Assembly (NCBI GenBank): GCA_965649765.1
Contig: OZ287751.1
Span: 12,090,001-12,154,000, forward strand
Reading direction: 5' to 3'
From: Bispira polyomma
Taxonomy: Eukaryota
Length of the DNA stretch: 64,000 nt
Within the stretch, counting starts at the first letter, position 1. Every line of letters starts with the position of its first letter. Below the pieces are notes generated by a model. It did no database searches and had not been told where the DNA came from. It saw nothing but the letters and a program-made list of their open reading frames with translations. Positions 28,627-42,559 of the stretch are shown piece by piece. The translations under genes and the position numbers were made by a program.

Positions 28627-29063
28627 TGTGGCAGTCACTAGCGCTACTCCCGTGGGGTAAAATGCAGATTTTACGCCGATAGGAATTTTCTAATTAAACG
28701 GCTAATTAATTGAAGGTCGGCGCGTATGATATAAAAGGGGTCAGCCCGGGAGACCATTGTTTTCAAAAGTTGCACTCGATGAGCGAAGTCATGATCATTT
28801 GTTGTTTTTAACCATTAATTTATTTGTACTATGCGCTAGGACTGGGAAATGCAGATGATTATTTGAAGAATAAGCTTATTACAGGTGTTCTTTGACGTTG
28901 TGAGTTGGCCGCTGGGTGCTACAAGTGTTCAACCCATTGTCTGGTGGGCCATAGTTGGTTAAGACCCAATAAAGATTTTAGTTAAGCTTGTGTTTTCCTG
29001 CTGATATTTCACCCCTGCAAGTCCGGATAAGATAGGTCACCGCTATATGGACGTTCGGCAACA
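28627..29063 (+). mobile_element. Solo LTR (Gypsy-like, 437 bp)
   Basis: TG...CA ends (TGTGGCAG / CGGCAACA imperfect inverted termini); TATA TSD at 28623-28626 and 29064-29067; TATAAAA at 28730 and AATAAA at 28968 in LTR order. Confidence 0.75.
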
Positions 29064-31889
29064 TATAAATATTAAAAATCGAAGGCTAACATTACAAGAA
29101 TGAGTCACGTTCTAAAAATAGAACTATAATGCCAAAACTACAATAATTTATTAGAAACCAGCTAAAATTATGATGCCATTTTTCTGAGAAACAGATGAGA
29201 CCTCTACACAGAAGAAGGTCTTAGTAATTCAAGATAAAACCAGATTAGAGTTACTGATTATTGTGGTCAATTTATTTTCAGTGATTACAATGAGGATTTA
29301 TGTGTGCCCTAACTGCGTTGTGAGCGGCGGAAAAGAACCAATCAATGTTATTGTAACAAAATTTAAAGGATGAAATGGAAAAGAATAAAACTGCCATTAT
29401 ACTGTTCTGGAAAATAGATGATGTGTACCTAAAAATACTTAAGTAAGATAATTATAAACAACACACTGACAGTGACACTGTCTGAAAAGCAATTTCCTGA
29501 ACTTAAGACATCATAATAGATTGACTCAGTTGTTGCCTAGTAACCACAAGAAACCCCTCAGCAACAGCTTCTCTAGTGGGGGCTTTTACGTGTATAAAAT
29601 GATTCTAACTAGTCATTTTTGCTTGTAATAACACATCTAGCAAATTTATTACCCAATTTGGTGAGAATTCAGCTATAAACAACAATTTTTTACTGAAGTA
29701 ATTATAGTGATAGGTCCTTATGTGAAAGCGGGCGATAAAACCAGTTGGTATATGACCATACAATTGGGGTGAGAGACAGTTTGGCATCTTGTGTCCCTGC
29801 TAATACATACCAGTGCCTTCTAATCTGCTACAAGAGGGGATATTTCCATAGCCTCGCCACAGGCTCTGCTATAAATGAGTACATTGTGAGATACCCATTA
29901 CCCTGAGTGTCAGCAGGAGAAGCTTTTATACCAGCTGGATTTGACAGACACCACTAACTCTTGTAAGCGGTGAAGCTTCAATCTCTATATGATAATGTCC
30001 TAACGCAAGAACCTTGCACAAGCTCTAGTGGATACTTAAAATTATTTCTTAAGTCCAAGAAGGCTGTCTGACAAAACCTGCGCCCCAAGCAAGACTATGG
30101 GGTTTCTTAGAAGACTGGTGAGATCGTAACCACTAGTCCTTGCACAAACATTATAACCCCTGATGTTGTGATTCTCAGGAAGAGAAATCCAGGATACAGG
30201 ATTTTAAATGAATCTTTTTATCTTAAGCTCCTGTTAGGAGGTCTACATGTTGTCAGGTTACTGAGCAGTTTAATCAAGCACCAACCAGGAGAAGGTCACA
30301 GTCTTTGACGATTTAAGGGAATCAGCTGGTAGTTTTTTAATTAAAGATGGAAAACAATCGTGTCACGAATTTGTATTTTCTTTGCAGCTCATATTACAAA
30401 AGGCCATATTGCCAAGAAGGTTTTTGTTTTAGTTTGTGTTATTTGGTTTGTTGTTTTGTCATCAGGATTAATTAAAAACTACCGAAATGATTTTTTAGAT
30501 TTGATGGAGAGATGGGGGGTGAATAAATGACACTCTACGCACTAAATTTTTGTGTTGATCAAGAGAAGGGCGGCTCTATTGTTTTAGAAACGTTTTGGGC
30601 ACTGCTGCGATTTGGTAAGGTTTGTTCTCTGACGAATCCTCCTTCTGGTTAAATTTGTACTTTGAATAATGACATTTTAAGTGTTATAAATGCCATTTAA
30701 TTAATTCTGTTCACCTTTAACAGTCTTAAACCTGTCTAAAACACTATCCCACATATGAAGGTAAGTTAATGCAGGGTACCAACTATATCTTTAAATTGGG
30801 TACATGGAATTATCAGACATCTTAAAGTTAAACATCTCATTTGGTCGTATTCTCTAACATTCTTAAGTCCAACCTGTACTCAGGCTCAAATCTAAGGCTG
30901 GTGTATGTCTGGCTAGAGTGAACCCAAGTGAAACCTGACTGCATATTTAAATTTAGTACATAAAACTCTATTAAAATGCCTTGTTGCAAGGTTTTTTTCC
31001 CATGTACACAAGAACTTCTGTATAACCCTCATTTAAGTTGGCTTGACTTGATTCTTTTAAGAATATTGTCCCTATGCATGTAGTAAGTAGTGAAAAATCT
31101 ACAGTATATTTACTCTGTGAAGATCTTCAAGTGAAGATACATAACACCTCTACTGATTCTGTCTCCTTGACGCTTTGTGTTTTTATAACAAACAATATAA
31201 CATAAAACCAATTTTTGTAAAGTCCATTTTAGAGTCCTTTATAGATACATTGTACACTTGGTTATATTTGGGGTTGTTTGGGGACTATGTCTGCAAAAAT
31301 AACAGTTTGCTGATAAAATACAAATTCACCGAGTTGTTTGTTTGCTCCTATTCAAAGAGAAACCTGGCAATAACACATTTGTATTTTATGACAAAAAAAA
31401 TATGTACATAAAGGGAAGCAAAACAAATATTTTGTTCCCTGTTAATTCAATCATCTGAGGCTCCATTGACCTCTCTCTACTAGCAATGACTTCTAGAATC
31501 TATTGGCTTTCTGTCCCATGTGTCTGGGGTTTACTACCACCCTGGGAGCCAGCACACCTCTGATAGAACCATCATCTTAATCCCAGAGACTAGCCTCAAC
31601 AAGGCTGTATAGTTTACTTGAAGTTTAACGACACTTTCAACACATGTTGTGTCATATTACGATGGATAGTTCACTGGTTGAAGAAATCAGCACAGGGCCA
31701 AACACAGTTTTATGTTTTGCAAACAACCAGTCTTCAGCAAGTCTACTGTTAACTTCACCACATAAATGCCTGGGTCAACATTCGAGTGAGGCGAGTGTGT
31801 TACCACTGCAAATACTACCCAGTAACATTGGTGTTCTAAATATAGCCATCAACGTACATAATAATTCTTTTAGAATTGTCTTATTCTTG

Positions 31890-31989
31890 TGTATTAAAGC
31901 AATGTAAAAACATAACTTTGTTGTATTAAATCAATATAAAAACATTACTTTGTTGTATTAAATCAATATAAAAACATAACTTTGTTGTA
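31890..31989. repeat. 32-bp tandem repeat x3
   Basis: tgtattaaatcaatataaaaacataactttgt units. Confidence 0.9.
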
Positions 31990-32797
31990 AGGGTTTTGTG
32001 ACAAGCTAAAATAAATTTGTTTATAGTCCACATTTGGTGAATTAAACTAAATAAACTCTGATTCTCTATAATATAATAAAACCCTCCATTTTAGATCATG
32101 CTAGCAATTGAAAAATTGAAAAACTGGAAAATATGTTATTTAAATCCCCATTTTCCCCAAAACAATTTTATCACGAGTAAGTGAAGTGTAACATAAGGAT
32201 GATTTCTTAGACTTTTGTAATTTGAAAACAGTAAAACATTATGAAAAAAAATCATCTGTAAGACTTGGTAAGACTAGTGCCAGCCACCACACAGCCAGTA
32301 TTTCTTTGCTGTTTTGACAGATCAATCCCATGCATCACCATCAGTTCCACACTGTCACGTTTATAAGGTGAAGGTCACTCCAGGAATGCTTGTTACCCCC
32401 AGTGTTTTAAATATCTGGAAAGGTTATGCTCTGTTAAACCTGTCATATTTCAAGGGCCAAATGCTGTGTCATGTAAGACTACAGGGTTTAATAACCAGCC
32501 CCCCCCCCCCCCTAGTCTGGATTCTGAGACCCTTGTGGACACTTTTATCCTAGTTAAACAAATATATGTGAACATAATGGATAGTTGGGAGCCAGATTAA
32601 CTTTATCCCACACTTCTGAATCTAATTATTTCCTAATCTTGCTGAAGACTCAAGTTTATCAGATAGCCTAACTGAATTGACTAAGTTTGATCCTCGACCT
32701 GGGCATGCATGTGTGAAAGTTGGTAAAGTTGTGAAAGACTTGCTAAAGGCTGGTGGTTTGACGAACAGAAAACCTTAATCAAACTACTTATGTTAAT

Positions 32798-32970
32798 CAA
32801 ACACTGCATACAGTTTATCAAGGTTCTGCACTGAAACCAGCGGCTCACAGTAAGGAACTACCACCTTTCCCACATAGGCTTCGATGGGATTCAAACTCAA
32901 GCCACCCAGAGGTGAGAGACCAGTGATTGTGAAATGCAATGCTTGCTAAGCACTAGGCTACCACAGCCCC
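32798..32970 (-). mobile_element. SINE family A, 3'-truncated
   Basis: Reverse complement of the head and body of family A. Confidence 0.85.
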
Positions 32971-33589
32971 TAGTTACAACTCTGTCATCCTTTACACAGA
33001 ACATTAAAGCAACTCTGTCATCCTTTACTTCAGAAGTAGGCTTTAATGTTCTGTGTAGGGACTATCGCTTTCCCAAAACAGGATAGATTGAGTATATAAA
33101 TGATTCAAGATAAATAAGACTTATTTGGTTTTAGTGCTAGTGTAGAGAAAGAAACTCCGGTCAATGGGTATATTGCTGCACACTTTTCGAATCCACTAAT
33201 TATAAAATGTAAAAAAAAGGATTTTGCAAAAAGTGCAATAAAGTAATACTGCTTAGGTCAGGTTAAGGGTAGTCTTGATTACAGCTCAAGCTTGTGAAAA
33301 ATTCATATTTGATTTGGAATTAATTCAAAATATTGTAACATTTAATCTAGCTACATATTTTTGGCTGTCTTAGAAGTTTAACTCTTACACACATTAAGAA
33401 AAATAGCCTAATTAATCCCTAGTAGAAATATTTTTCCCAACCCACAGGTTCTACTTATAAGATTGTGTGTCCATTGCAGTTTTCTTGCCACCTTTGTATC
33501 ACTAAACATTGTTTGCTACTTGTATCCAATCATGGTAAAAATTACCGTAAAGCATGCTTTGTCATGTGTTATCCCTTAAAAGCAGTTGG

Positions 33590-33739
33590 GGGGGGCTGCG
33601 GTGGCCTAGTGGTTAGAAAGCATTGCGCTTCACAATCACTGGTCTCTCACCTCTGGGCGGCGTGAGTTCGAATCCCGTTGAAGCCTATGTGAGAAAGGTG
33701 GTAGTTCCTTACTCTGCAGAACCTTGACCGACTGTATGA
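33590..33739 (+). mobile_element. SINE family A, internally deleted and 3'-truncated
   Basis: A and B boxes present; lacks the gtgggccgctggtttc segment and the tail. Confidence 0.85.
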
Positions 33740-35864
33740 ACCCTTTACTGGTAGGATATCACTACCTACTACTACATAGAAGTAATGTACTGCTACTTAC
33801 GGCTGTGTTCTGCTGCCTTCTGCTACTTAGTGAAACTTTCTTGACTAACGGAGACGGTCTCACTACTTACTGGGACTTTCTCACGACCTACTACTACATA
33901 TAGCTACTTACTGATACGTCTATGCTACTTTCGGAAACGTTCGGGGACACACAGAGAAACGGGGTGAAACGGGAGCTGTTTTTGTAGTGTTTCAAACAGT
34001 TTGAAACACTACAGGAAAAAGATGAAACGGAGACGTTTCCAGAACGATTCCATCCGTCGTAAAATGTCTCAAAACGTAAAGAAACGATCACAGAAGGGAT
34101 CCTCACTTCCTACTACGTTTTAAAAAGTTTCCTAAATTCACAGGCAACTTTCTGAGGCGACCAGCCGACGTCCAACGGGCAATTTTCAATTTTTATGTTT
34201 CTGTACAATTATTTAAGAAAAATAAGTACCTGTATTTAAACTTAAATATTTTAGCCATTTCTCAACCGATTTTGATGTAACAAAAAGCAAAATATACCTA
34301 ATACAATAAGCTTTATCAGCATATTTTAATGAAATTTATTTTTCAAAAATCAGCAATGTTTACAAGGTGACGGGCAATGCCAGGGAATTTTTTCACTCCT
34401 TGTACCGAAAAAATCACTCACTTATTAAAATTGTTATAATAAGACACCTCCATTTAAAAAACCTGACGTGACATTTGATTATGTTCATATCTTAAAAACA
34501 AAGTTAAACCTTATATTTGAGAGAGATGCTTTTTATTATTTTTGAAAGCCTTTTGTATAGTGCCTTATTAAGATATCAACCTCTGAGGTGCTGATTCTCA
34601 GAAGTTGGTATACTCCCAGAATATATTGTTAACAGTAATATTCAAATACACTGAATATGCCTGTTACACTCATATTTGCCTCAATTCCAAAAAACCTGGG
34701 TCCGTCAATTAGTAGTTCGTTAAAATATCTAAAAACAGCAAATACACAAACCTATACCGTATTTGTCACTAAAAAGCTATGGTGAAAAGCTGAAGTGAAC
34801 TGTACCAATTTCAGCTGTTTAATGTTAAGAGTTTAGAATGGAGTGAACTACGGTATTATAAAATACATGTATTTTAATGGACGACATAGTGACATTGGCT
34901 TATAGCTAAAACACAATGGGATGATTTTAGTGGATGAAGGTCAAAGGTTCAATGCTTTAGTGTGGATTGTGTGCCAACAAAGCAATCAAAATGTCCTTAT
35001 AATCCATGTTTTAAGAGGTCTCTTTGATATGATGCCATGTTTTATTCCAGTGGTTGTTGGTAGGATTCAGAGATATATATATATCAAAGTACACTGATGA
35101 ACAAAAGTTTTTAATGCTACAATAGTAAATTTTACTGGGCATTTATTTTGTCACACAGCACCGTGATTTGGATAGTAACACAAAGGCGAACATGTTAAAT
35201 TAAAATATTACCCGCTTACTGCAATATTACGTTATAAAAAGAACTATATCTATTAGGTATCAAGAGCACTGCAGACAATATTAGTCTACTTCCGTCTGTG
35301 TATATACGGTTATTTTTAACATAGCTGGGCCAATCAGAATGACTCACACCGCCATGTCATATTAAAATTAATTACTATTTTACAATTAGCACTATTCACC
35401 AATGCAATTTTAATATTAGGCTGTACAACTTTTCTGTTAAACAAGTTAAACTTATGATTTAATGATGTCATTTATTATTTTTTAGTATTTATATAGTGCT
35501 GAATTCATGAAAGCCTCCTCTAAATAGGTTGTTCTCCTAAAAGGAATTATGTTAGTAAGTAATGACGTGTTCACATATTGTTTAAGGGTAGTATCTAATG
35601 AACAGGATGGTATTTCGGGGAGTGGAACTGGACACCTTGTCATCACGAGACTAACTAACCAACCAGTAGGCCACGAGAGGCCAGAGAACATGACAATTAA
35701 AGTGGAGTTTAAATCAATAAACTTGATACTCAATTATACGACATTAGTGTGGTGAAAAACAAATATTCAGGCAAAACAAAATAGAAATTTGAGGGACATA
35801 AAAAGGGTCGGTATTCCAGGGAGATATGATCATAGTCTGGGGTAGGCGGAAGTAGGTGTGAGAG

Positions 35865-36270
35865 GTAAGAGAGGGACTAGATGAATATATAATGGTTAAG
35901 TATCCACAAAGATGAGAGCACATATAAAGGGGCAAAATATTCAAGGTAATACGGTATATCTGATTTTCTTCCATTTACCAGGTATGGTACAGTTAACAAG
36001 GATGTAAGAGAGGGACTGGATTTCATATATATATAGGTATAGAATTCCAAAACGAGCACACATAAAGGGCCATATATTGAAGGTATTCTCTGGTTGCTCC
36101 ATTTACCAGATATGGTTTTAACAAGGCTGTAACAGAGGGACTGAATTGAATATATTAATGGTGGAGAATTATAAAACAAGGAGAGCATATGTAAAGGGCT
36201 ATATATTCAAGGTAATATGGTATCTCTGGTTGCTCCATTTACTAGGTATGGTAGAGTTAACGAGGAGGTA
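35865..36270. repeat. Degenerate ~125-139-bp tandem repeat x3
   Basis: gtaa(g/c)agagggact at 35865, 36004 and 36129; ccatttacca.gtatgg recurs. Confidence 0.85.
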
Positions 36271-38149
36271 ATAGCAAAGTGCTGTTTATTTGCTCTCAGT
36301 CAAAACAGACCATAAATTACACAACACAGCCAGCCAACAGATATGGTGGTCACTGGTGCCTGAGAAACTTCTCCATTATGGGCTACCGTCTGTTTGTGTA
36401 CATACTGTATGTAATGGTTACCTTATCTGGGTTATACTGTACAAAATAATGGATGTAATGGTGTCTTTATCAGCTTTCTGATTTAAATATACTAATTTAT
36501 GGCCCATACATGATATATTTAATTGATATTGATGGTCTTGGTATTGATTTATTGTCTTAAAAAAACAAATGTTAAAATATGCAAGTAGCAAAATGTTTTA
36601 AATTCAGTTTTAGCAATACTCTTACTATTAGGATTACGTGTATTTCCTTATGAATGAGTTATTTCTATTTTGCACAAAGTCTGTTCCACATTGCATTTAT
36701 TATTGGTCCAAACAGGTTTTCCAGTAAAGAGTAATTATTTAAACCTTTTTTTATCTTGGGGTACTGTGCTCAAAAATATTATACAATAAATTTAGTAATA
36801 GAATTTCTTTTTTCTCTGACTAACAAATATGAAAGCTTTAGTTACGGACCTGACACAATACAACTTTGTGGTGAACAAACAATTAAACAACTCAGCCAGA
36901 ACACTTCTGACTTCAGGCGTATGTAAATCATTATCTAAGACTGCAGAGTCTGGAACTTGTTAAGCTAACTTTGCCCTTATTATCGGTACTAGTGATAGGA
37001 CTCATTGTTTTAGTGATATGGTCTACACAAGATAAAAAATAGCTAAAACTAGTTAATAGTTAATGTTTTTTGGCCCAAATAGTAACAATTGGGGGCATTT
37101 GCATTCAAATGTTTACCTTTCGAAAGCCTTTTAAGTACTTATGTTAGACTGTTTATTTAACATGATTGAAAAATTACTTTGTATCAGTCATGTAGGTGCC
37201 GTGTATATTTCTCCCTATATCTAATTCGATTTAAGATAAATTTGAGATATATATATAATATATATATATATATAACTTAGTTCACCTATTCTGTCAAATT
37301 CCCACCAGCTTTTTTTAACATTGTTGTATAACAACAACGATGTTTTATTAGAAAATTCAGACATAAAATATTATGGCTCACAGCTTCAGAACAACTAAAT
37401 TGCGCGGTCATAATTGCAGTTAAAACTCTAGTATAATGGCATGACTTTGTAAGTACCAGTCATTTTGCATCTACCAGCATTGACAATAAAAAAAACCTTG
37501 TGTTAAAAATGTTCTGCAATGAGGTGGGCATGAATATGTTAGCTCCTATGAGCTACATCATAGAATTTAAAGTACTGACAAGTCTCGGGAACACTGTAAA
37601 ACAAAAAAAATTAACCTATTAACAAAGACACTGGTAACTGAACGATAATACCCAGTATAATGACAATTACTCAATTGTAAAGAAAGACTTTCATACAGTA
37701 CACCTTGTCTAAGATTTATTTTGGCTATTTTTGGCCAGTGGTATCTACATTTCCTTGCCGATACATGCAGTATATCTATGGAGAATTAGTGTCCAGGTTA
37801 TTATGCCAGTTAAGGAAATAATTTAGAGTGAGTAGAAGCTAGGTTTTTTTGGCAATTTCATTGCTGGTTTAGGGTGGACAGACGCAAGTACTAAATCATT
37901 TGTGAATTATAGGAATACTCAGTAGAGTGTATACCTCAGACAATGTGCTAAATTAACTCCAAACTTTAATGGATTCTTCCTTAGCCTATGTCCCCGATAT
38001 CTCCACCACAGTTTATGTAAATAATTTTTCAGTGGTCTTTGTATAGTAATACTCCTGATGACAAACGAAACCAACCAACCCAATGGACACGGATGAAATA
38101 ACCTCCCTGACAAAGGTTAACACAGGTAATCATTGATTTAATCGACTAA

Positions 38150-39020
38150 AGTCCTGGTCCCACCAGCTGTCATGTTTGCTGTCATTACAAAAGTAATTTG
38201 CGTAGGTTTTGCTTGGTATTTGCAAGAGCTAACGTACATAACGTAACATAAGCATGCATAACCTGATGTGAGAGATGACATGTAAGAAATTACTAATTTC
38301 AAACCGTTCGAAATTTGGACATGCAAACCACGTAAGATTGATACGTGCTTTAACATAATATTTGCTAGAGCTTTGCGAGAGGTGGCATAGTATAACGGTT
38401 ATATGCATCATAATGTGTGAATGACGTGGTTTAACATAATCAAACTTACTTAAACATAAATAATAACGGCCTTCAATGTGTATTGGCATACTCATACATG
38501 TCATACGGGGATTTAAATACGTACTTTAACGTAAACTTATGCATCCCCTCCGAGACTTAATAGCTTTTGACATACTAATACATGAATTTCAACATCTGTT
38601 CAGGGGAGTAGCCAGGATTTTCCATCTGGTACTCCCAAATTAAACCAAAATATTAGGTTCATTTTTGTTCTACAAAAAAATCAATTTGTAAGGGGGAGGG
38701 GGGGGGGGGGCGTTAACACATAATATTGTGGTTTAATTATTAGGGAGTACCGAATAAAATTTTGTTTAACAACAAAAATCTATGTTACTAATAAAACAAA
38801 CAGAATAAACAAAAAAAATTTTAGTTTTTTTTTTCTTTCTTGTCATTAAATTGGTACGCCTGGGCGTACTGGCGTTAATGGTAGCTACGCCCCTGCTGTT
38901 GACGCCATTCATGAGAAGAAAAGCAATATATTTGGGTTTTGCATCAACTTTTGTAGCAACTATTTACACGGCCCTTGCGTGATTAACCTAACGTAACGTA
39001 CATCCGGTGGGACCAGGGCA
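38150..39020. mobile_element. Harbinger-like non-autonomous element with a nested insertion
   Basis: TIR g(t/c)cctggtcccacc; TAA at 38147-38149 and 39021-39023; acgta-rich interior. Confidence 0.75.
38601..38895. mobile_element. Nested TIR element (CAGGGG.GTAGC) with 5-bp TSD CTGTT
   Basis: caggggagtagcc ... gtagctacgcccctg; ctgtt at 38596-38600 and 38896-38900. Confidence 0.75.
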
Positions 39021-39848
39021 TAAGCAGTGCAAACGGTTGTGGGAATGTTTAATCTGCCATAAACAATTATACACTGACACCGTAAAATTTTGTGTAATAA
39101 TCACAATGCCCACATGTAGGTACCTTGCACGCGGTCAAATGTTGTAAGGACTAGCTGGCTTGAATGTCCCAATACACCTTTGTGTGGTTATTGTTGCCTT
39201 GTCAAAACCTGTTCAGATCTTAGTTCCTTGTCTATGTGTGGGTGCAGGGGATCGGGGTATACCATCAAAAAGAGAGGATATCAATGTGAAAGTGGCTTTA
39301 CTCCTACCCTGGTTGACTTTCTTCAAGTGATTTTGTCTCAAGCATTATATGAGGAGAGTATGACTTTTGAAGTAGAAACTAAAGCTTTGTACGTCTATAG
39401 ACGACACTTGTCATGTTCACATAGTGGAATCATAATGACTTCATACATTGTGGAAAATGGTGGAATCATAATGACTTCATGCATTGTGGAAAGACTTGTG
39501 AGCAAGTCTAATACCTTTGACGAAGTTTTGCCGAAACACATCTGATCAGCTGATCAGAGTTATTTATTAAATTTGTTGTTGAAAGCACAAAATATCAAGT
39601 TGCCCTATTAGAATGATAGTATTTAAGAATGGTTGCTCAGTCTAATTCAAATCAATTGAAAGATTTTTGTTTTCTTGGCTTGCTAGTATTACCGAATCCT
39701 ATTTTAGTGCCGTTGTTTTCTATCTTCTGGGCCTCTTAAAATAGGCCAACATATCAAGATAAAGCTGTATCTCCTGTCTTCTCATCCTCTACCTTCAGTG
39801 TAGCCCTGCTTTAGACTTATGTTTGTGAGTAAGGCCCACTTATTTTAG

Positions 39849-40104
39849 GGGGCCGCAGTGGCCTAGTGGTTAGCAAGCATTGTGCTTCACCATCACTGGT
39901 CTCTCACCTCTGGGCAGCGTGAGTTCGAATCCCGTCAATGCCTATGTGGGAAAGGTGGTAGTTCCTTACTGTGGGCCGCTGGTTAGAGTGCAGAACCTTG
40001 ATCAACTGTATGCAGTGTTTCCTCCTGCGTTTCCAACTACTTGTCCCAATATAACCAAAACAGGTACTAGACTGGACGTTAAATATCTAAATTCAAATTC
40101 AAAA
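39849..40104 (+). mobile_element. SINE family A, full length
   Basis: TSD cccactt(a/g)ttttag at 39835-39848 and 40105-40118. Confidence 0.92.
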
Positions 40105-40746
40105 CCCACTTGTTTTAGAACTAATTTTAAAATAAAAAGGGCAAGAACCAAGAACTTGTCCATCCCAAAAAAGTTCAAATTTGAATACGGCTATATAGCA
40201 ATATGGCTACAATATGTAACAAATCAATTAGTTCCATATTAAATGGAACATTTTAACAAACTAAACTTTAGAAAAGCAAACGTTAGTAAAACAGATAAAG
40301 GTACTGACAAACCTGAACTTTAAAAAAAAGGCAAACCAGGCTCTAACAGATAAAGGTTCTAATAAACCTGAACCTCAGACAAGGAATGTAACAGATAAAG
40401 GTTATTTTTACTCAAGTTTAGATAAATATATTTTTGGCCGATTCTTTGGGAAATAAAAACTAAAACGTATTGAACGAATTAAACTAGAAATAAGACCCAA
40501 TCAATCAGATGTTTTCTGCCAGCCAATCTGTGACTTAATGCCTTTTAGTCTGTCTCTGAGATGCTATCTTGATGAAGACATTCTTCTATGTGATGAGAGA
40601 AAGGGCTCCAGATAACCAAGACATGAAGATAAGAAATATTACAGACAGTAGCAACAAAGGAGTAGATGTTTCAAAGGCTACACAAATTATATTCAGCATA
40701 GTCAAATTTGTCATGAATTTCAAGATTTCAAAACATTGTTTGTATA

Positions 40747-41590
40747 AGGGGGGGTTCCACATGCAAGTTCGATCGGCAAAATGGGCCCGATTTTAAAGTC
40801 GGGAAGGTCAGGGCGAAAAAATCAATAAAATCCATTTTTGGGCGGGAAAATTAAAATGTGGGGCGGGCTTCTCGATCGAACGGGACGCTGACCCCAATCT
40901 TACTTGAACCAGGATAGGATCGAACTTACTGGTGATAGGATCTGACGTATCGCCCTAGGATCGAATGTATCGCCACTAGGATCTGACGGATTTAGATCCC
41001 CGACCATAAAGATCGAACGTATAAAAGTCGAAGTTTGGACTATTATTGTATATAAATGTAGATGACAAATGAGGTATATTTAATAAAATAAAAGAAATAA
41101 TACCTGTTTAGACCTCATTTTTTATGAAAGTTTGCTGTAAATAACAGCAAATAAATTCATCATTCGCGTACATGAATTATACTAGAAGTGGTTTCAATGT
41201 CGCAAAGGTAAACAACTTTTAAACTGATTTCCGTTATCGAGACTGACACAAAAGGCTTTTATATGTGTTTTCATATATATAATTCTTCCCGAACGCCCCG
41301 TTTTCGCCCCCCCAACCTATACGTTTCGAAGGGCCAGCATTAGGACAGGCCGGGAGTGATATTAAGACTATTCCGACAGAACGTATCGCCAATAGGATCG
41401 AACGTATTAATGGTCCCGACTTTGAGGTCCGGGACCAAAAGTTGGGAGCATTTTTAAAATATCTAACTTTTTTGATATTCTTCTCGACCTTCCTGACCAC
41501 CCCGTTTTTGCTCCCCGACCTCCCCGTACGTGTCTCTGACCTCAAAATCCAGAAGGTCGGGGAGCAAATCCTGGATGTGGAACCCCCACT
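40747..41590. mobile_element. CpG-rich non-autonomous TIR element
   Basis: TIR ag(g/t)gggggttccacat; 3-bp ATA flanks; internal ~20-bp repeats acgtatcgcc..taggatc(g/t). Confidence 0.75.
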
Positions 41591-42559
41591 ATATGTGTCT
41601 ATGGGTTTTAACATTTTCCACAAATAAATACCAGGAAAATACATGCGTATTAGATTCAGTATTTTGTTACTATATTCTCTTTCTCTGTTGAAATATACTT
41701 TCGTATCTCTGTTACCAATTTTTAATTTTTATTCCCTGAGCAACTTCTGGAGAAAAATGTCTATCATGTTTATATCATGCAGAATCATAGTATCAAATGC
41801 TACTATCTTAATCAAAGTAAATCTGTAACAATAAAACAATAAAATAAACATGCCAGACAAACTTGGTACATGGTAAAGTTCTACAATAGAATCAGGCTGT
41901 CATCTACCACTATTTGTTTGATATATGTGTTAACAAGAGCCTTACTCTCTAATAAGACATTTTTAGATTGTTTGCCCAACCTGTAATTCATTGGTACTTC
42001 GCACCAAAAAAAACTAAATTTTATCTGTAAATAGTGTTTTTTTACTGGCTATTTTTTATGCAAATAAATATATATCCTACCCTATATGTAAGATATATAG
42101 TAGGCTGTATTTTAGTTAATTAGATTATAGGTGGCAGACTCAAGCTGATACCCAAACCCTAATTTTTGTTCTTTTGCAACAAGTTGTGGCAAGTTGCACC
42201 AGGTTTAGGTCTGAGGATTGCTCGAAAGAAACCTTTGTTTTTAAAAACATTTCAATATACTACACAAATGAAAATAAACAGTATTTTCTTAATTTTATGT
42301 GATTTGTATAGTAGGCTGTAGTTTGAGTTAATTAGACTTTGTTGGCAGATTCTGTGGTCAGTAAAAACAGAAACTTATCTTCTAAAAAAATTAAAAAAAC
42401 AATATCTTTGTCTATAACTACTTATAATGCAAGGGGATTTTTTGCCTAGGCAGTCGCACCGATGTCACCGATGTCACCGATGTCACCCCCTTCCTTAAAA
42501 AACTGCACTTCATTATAGAATTTTGTTAAAATTTCCCATTATTACATTTAAGGCTGTAG

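Noticed and set aside
29600-30250. Decayed coding-like segment, possibly a DIRS tyrosine-recombinase remnant on -
   Set aside because: Higher GC but many stops and no convincing motif; needs tblastx/HMM.
2898-42000. Numerous 60-136 aa ORFs in the track
   Set aside because: They overlap SINEs, MITEs or tandem repeats or have random composition, with no recognisable domain or compatible splice structure.
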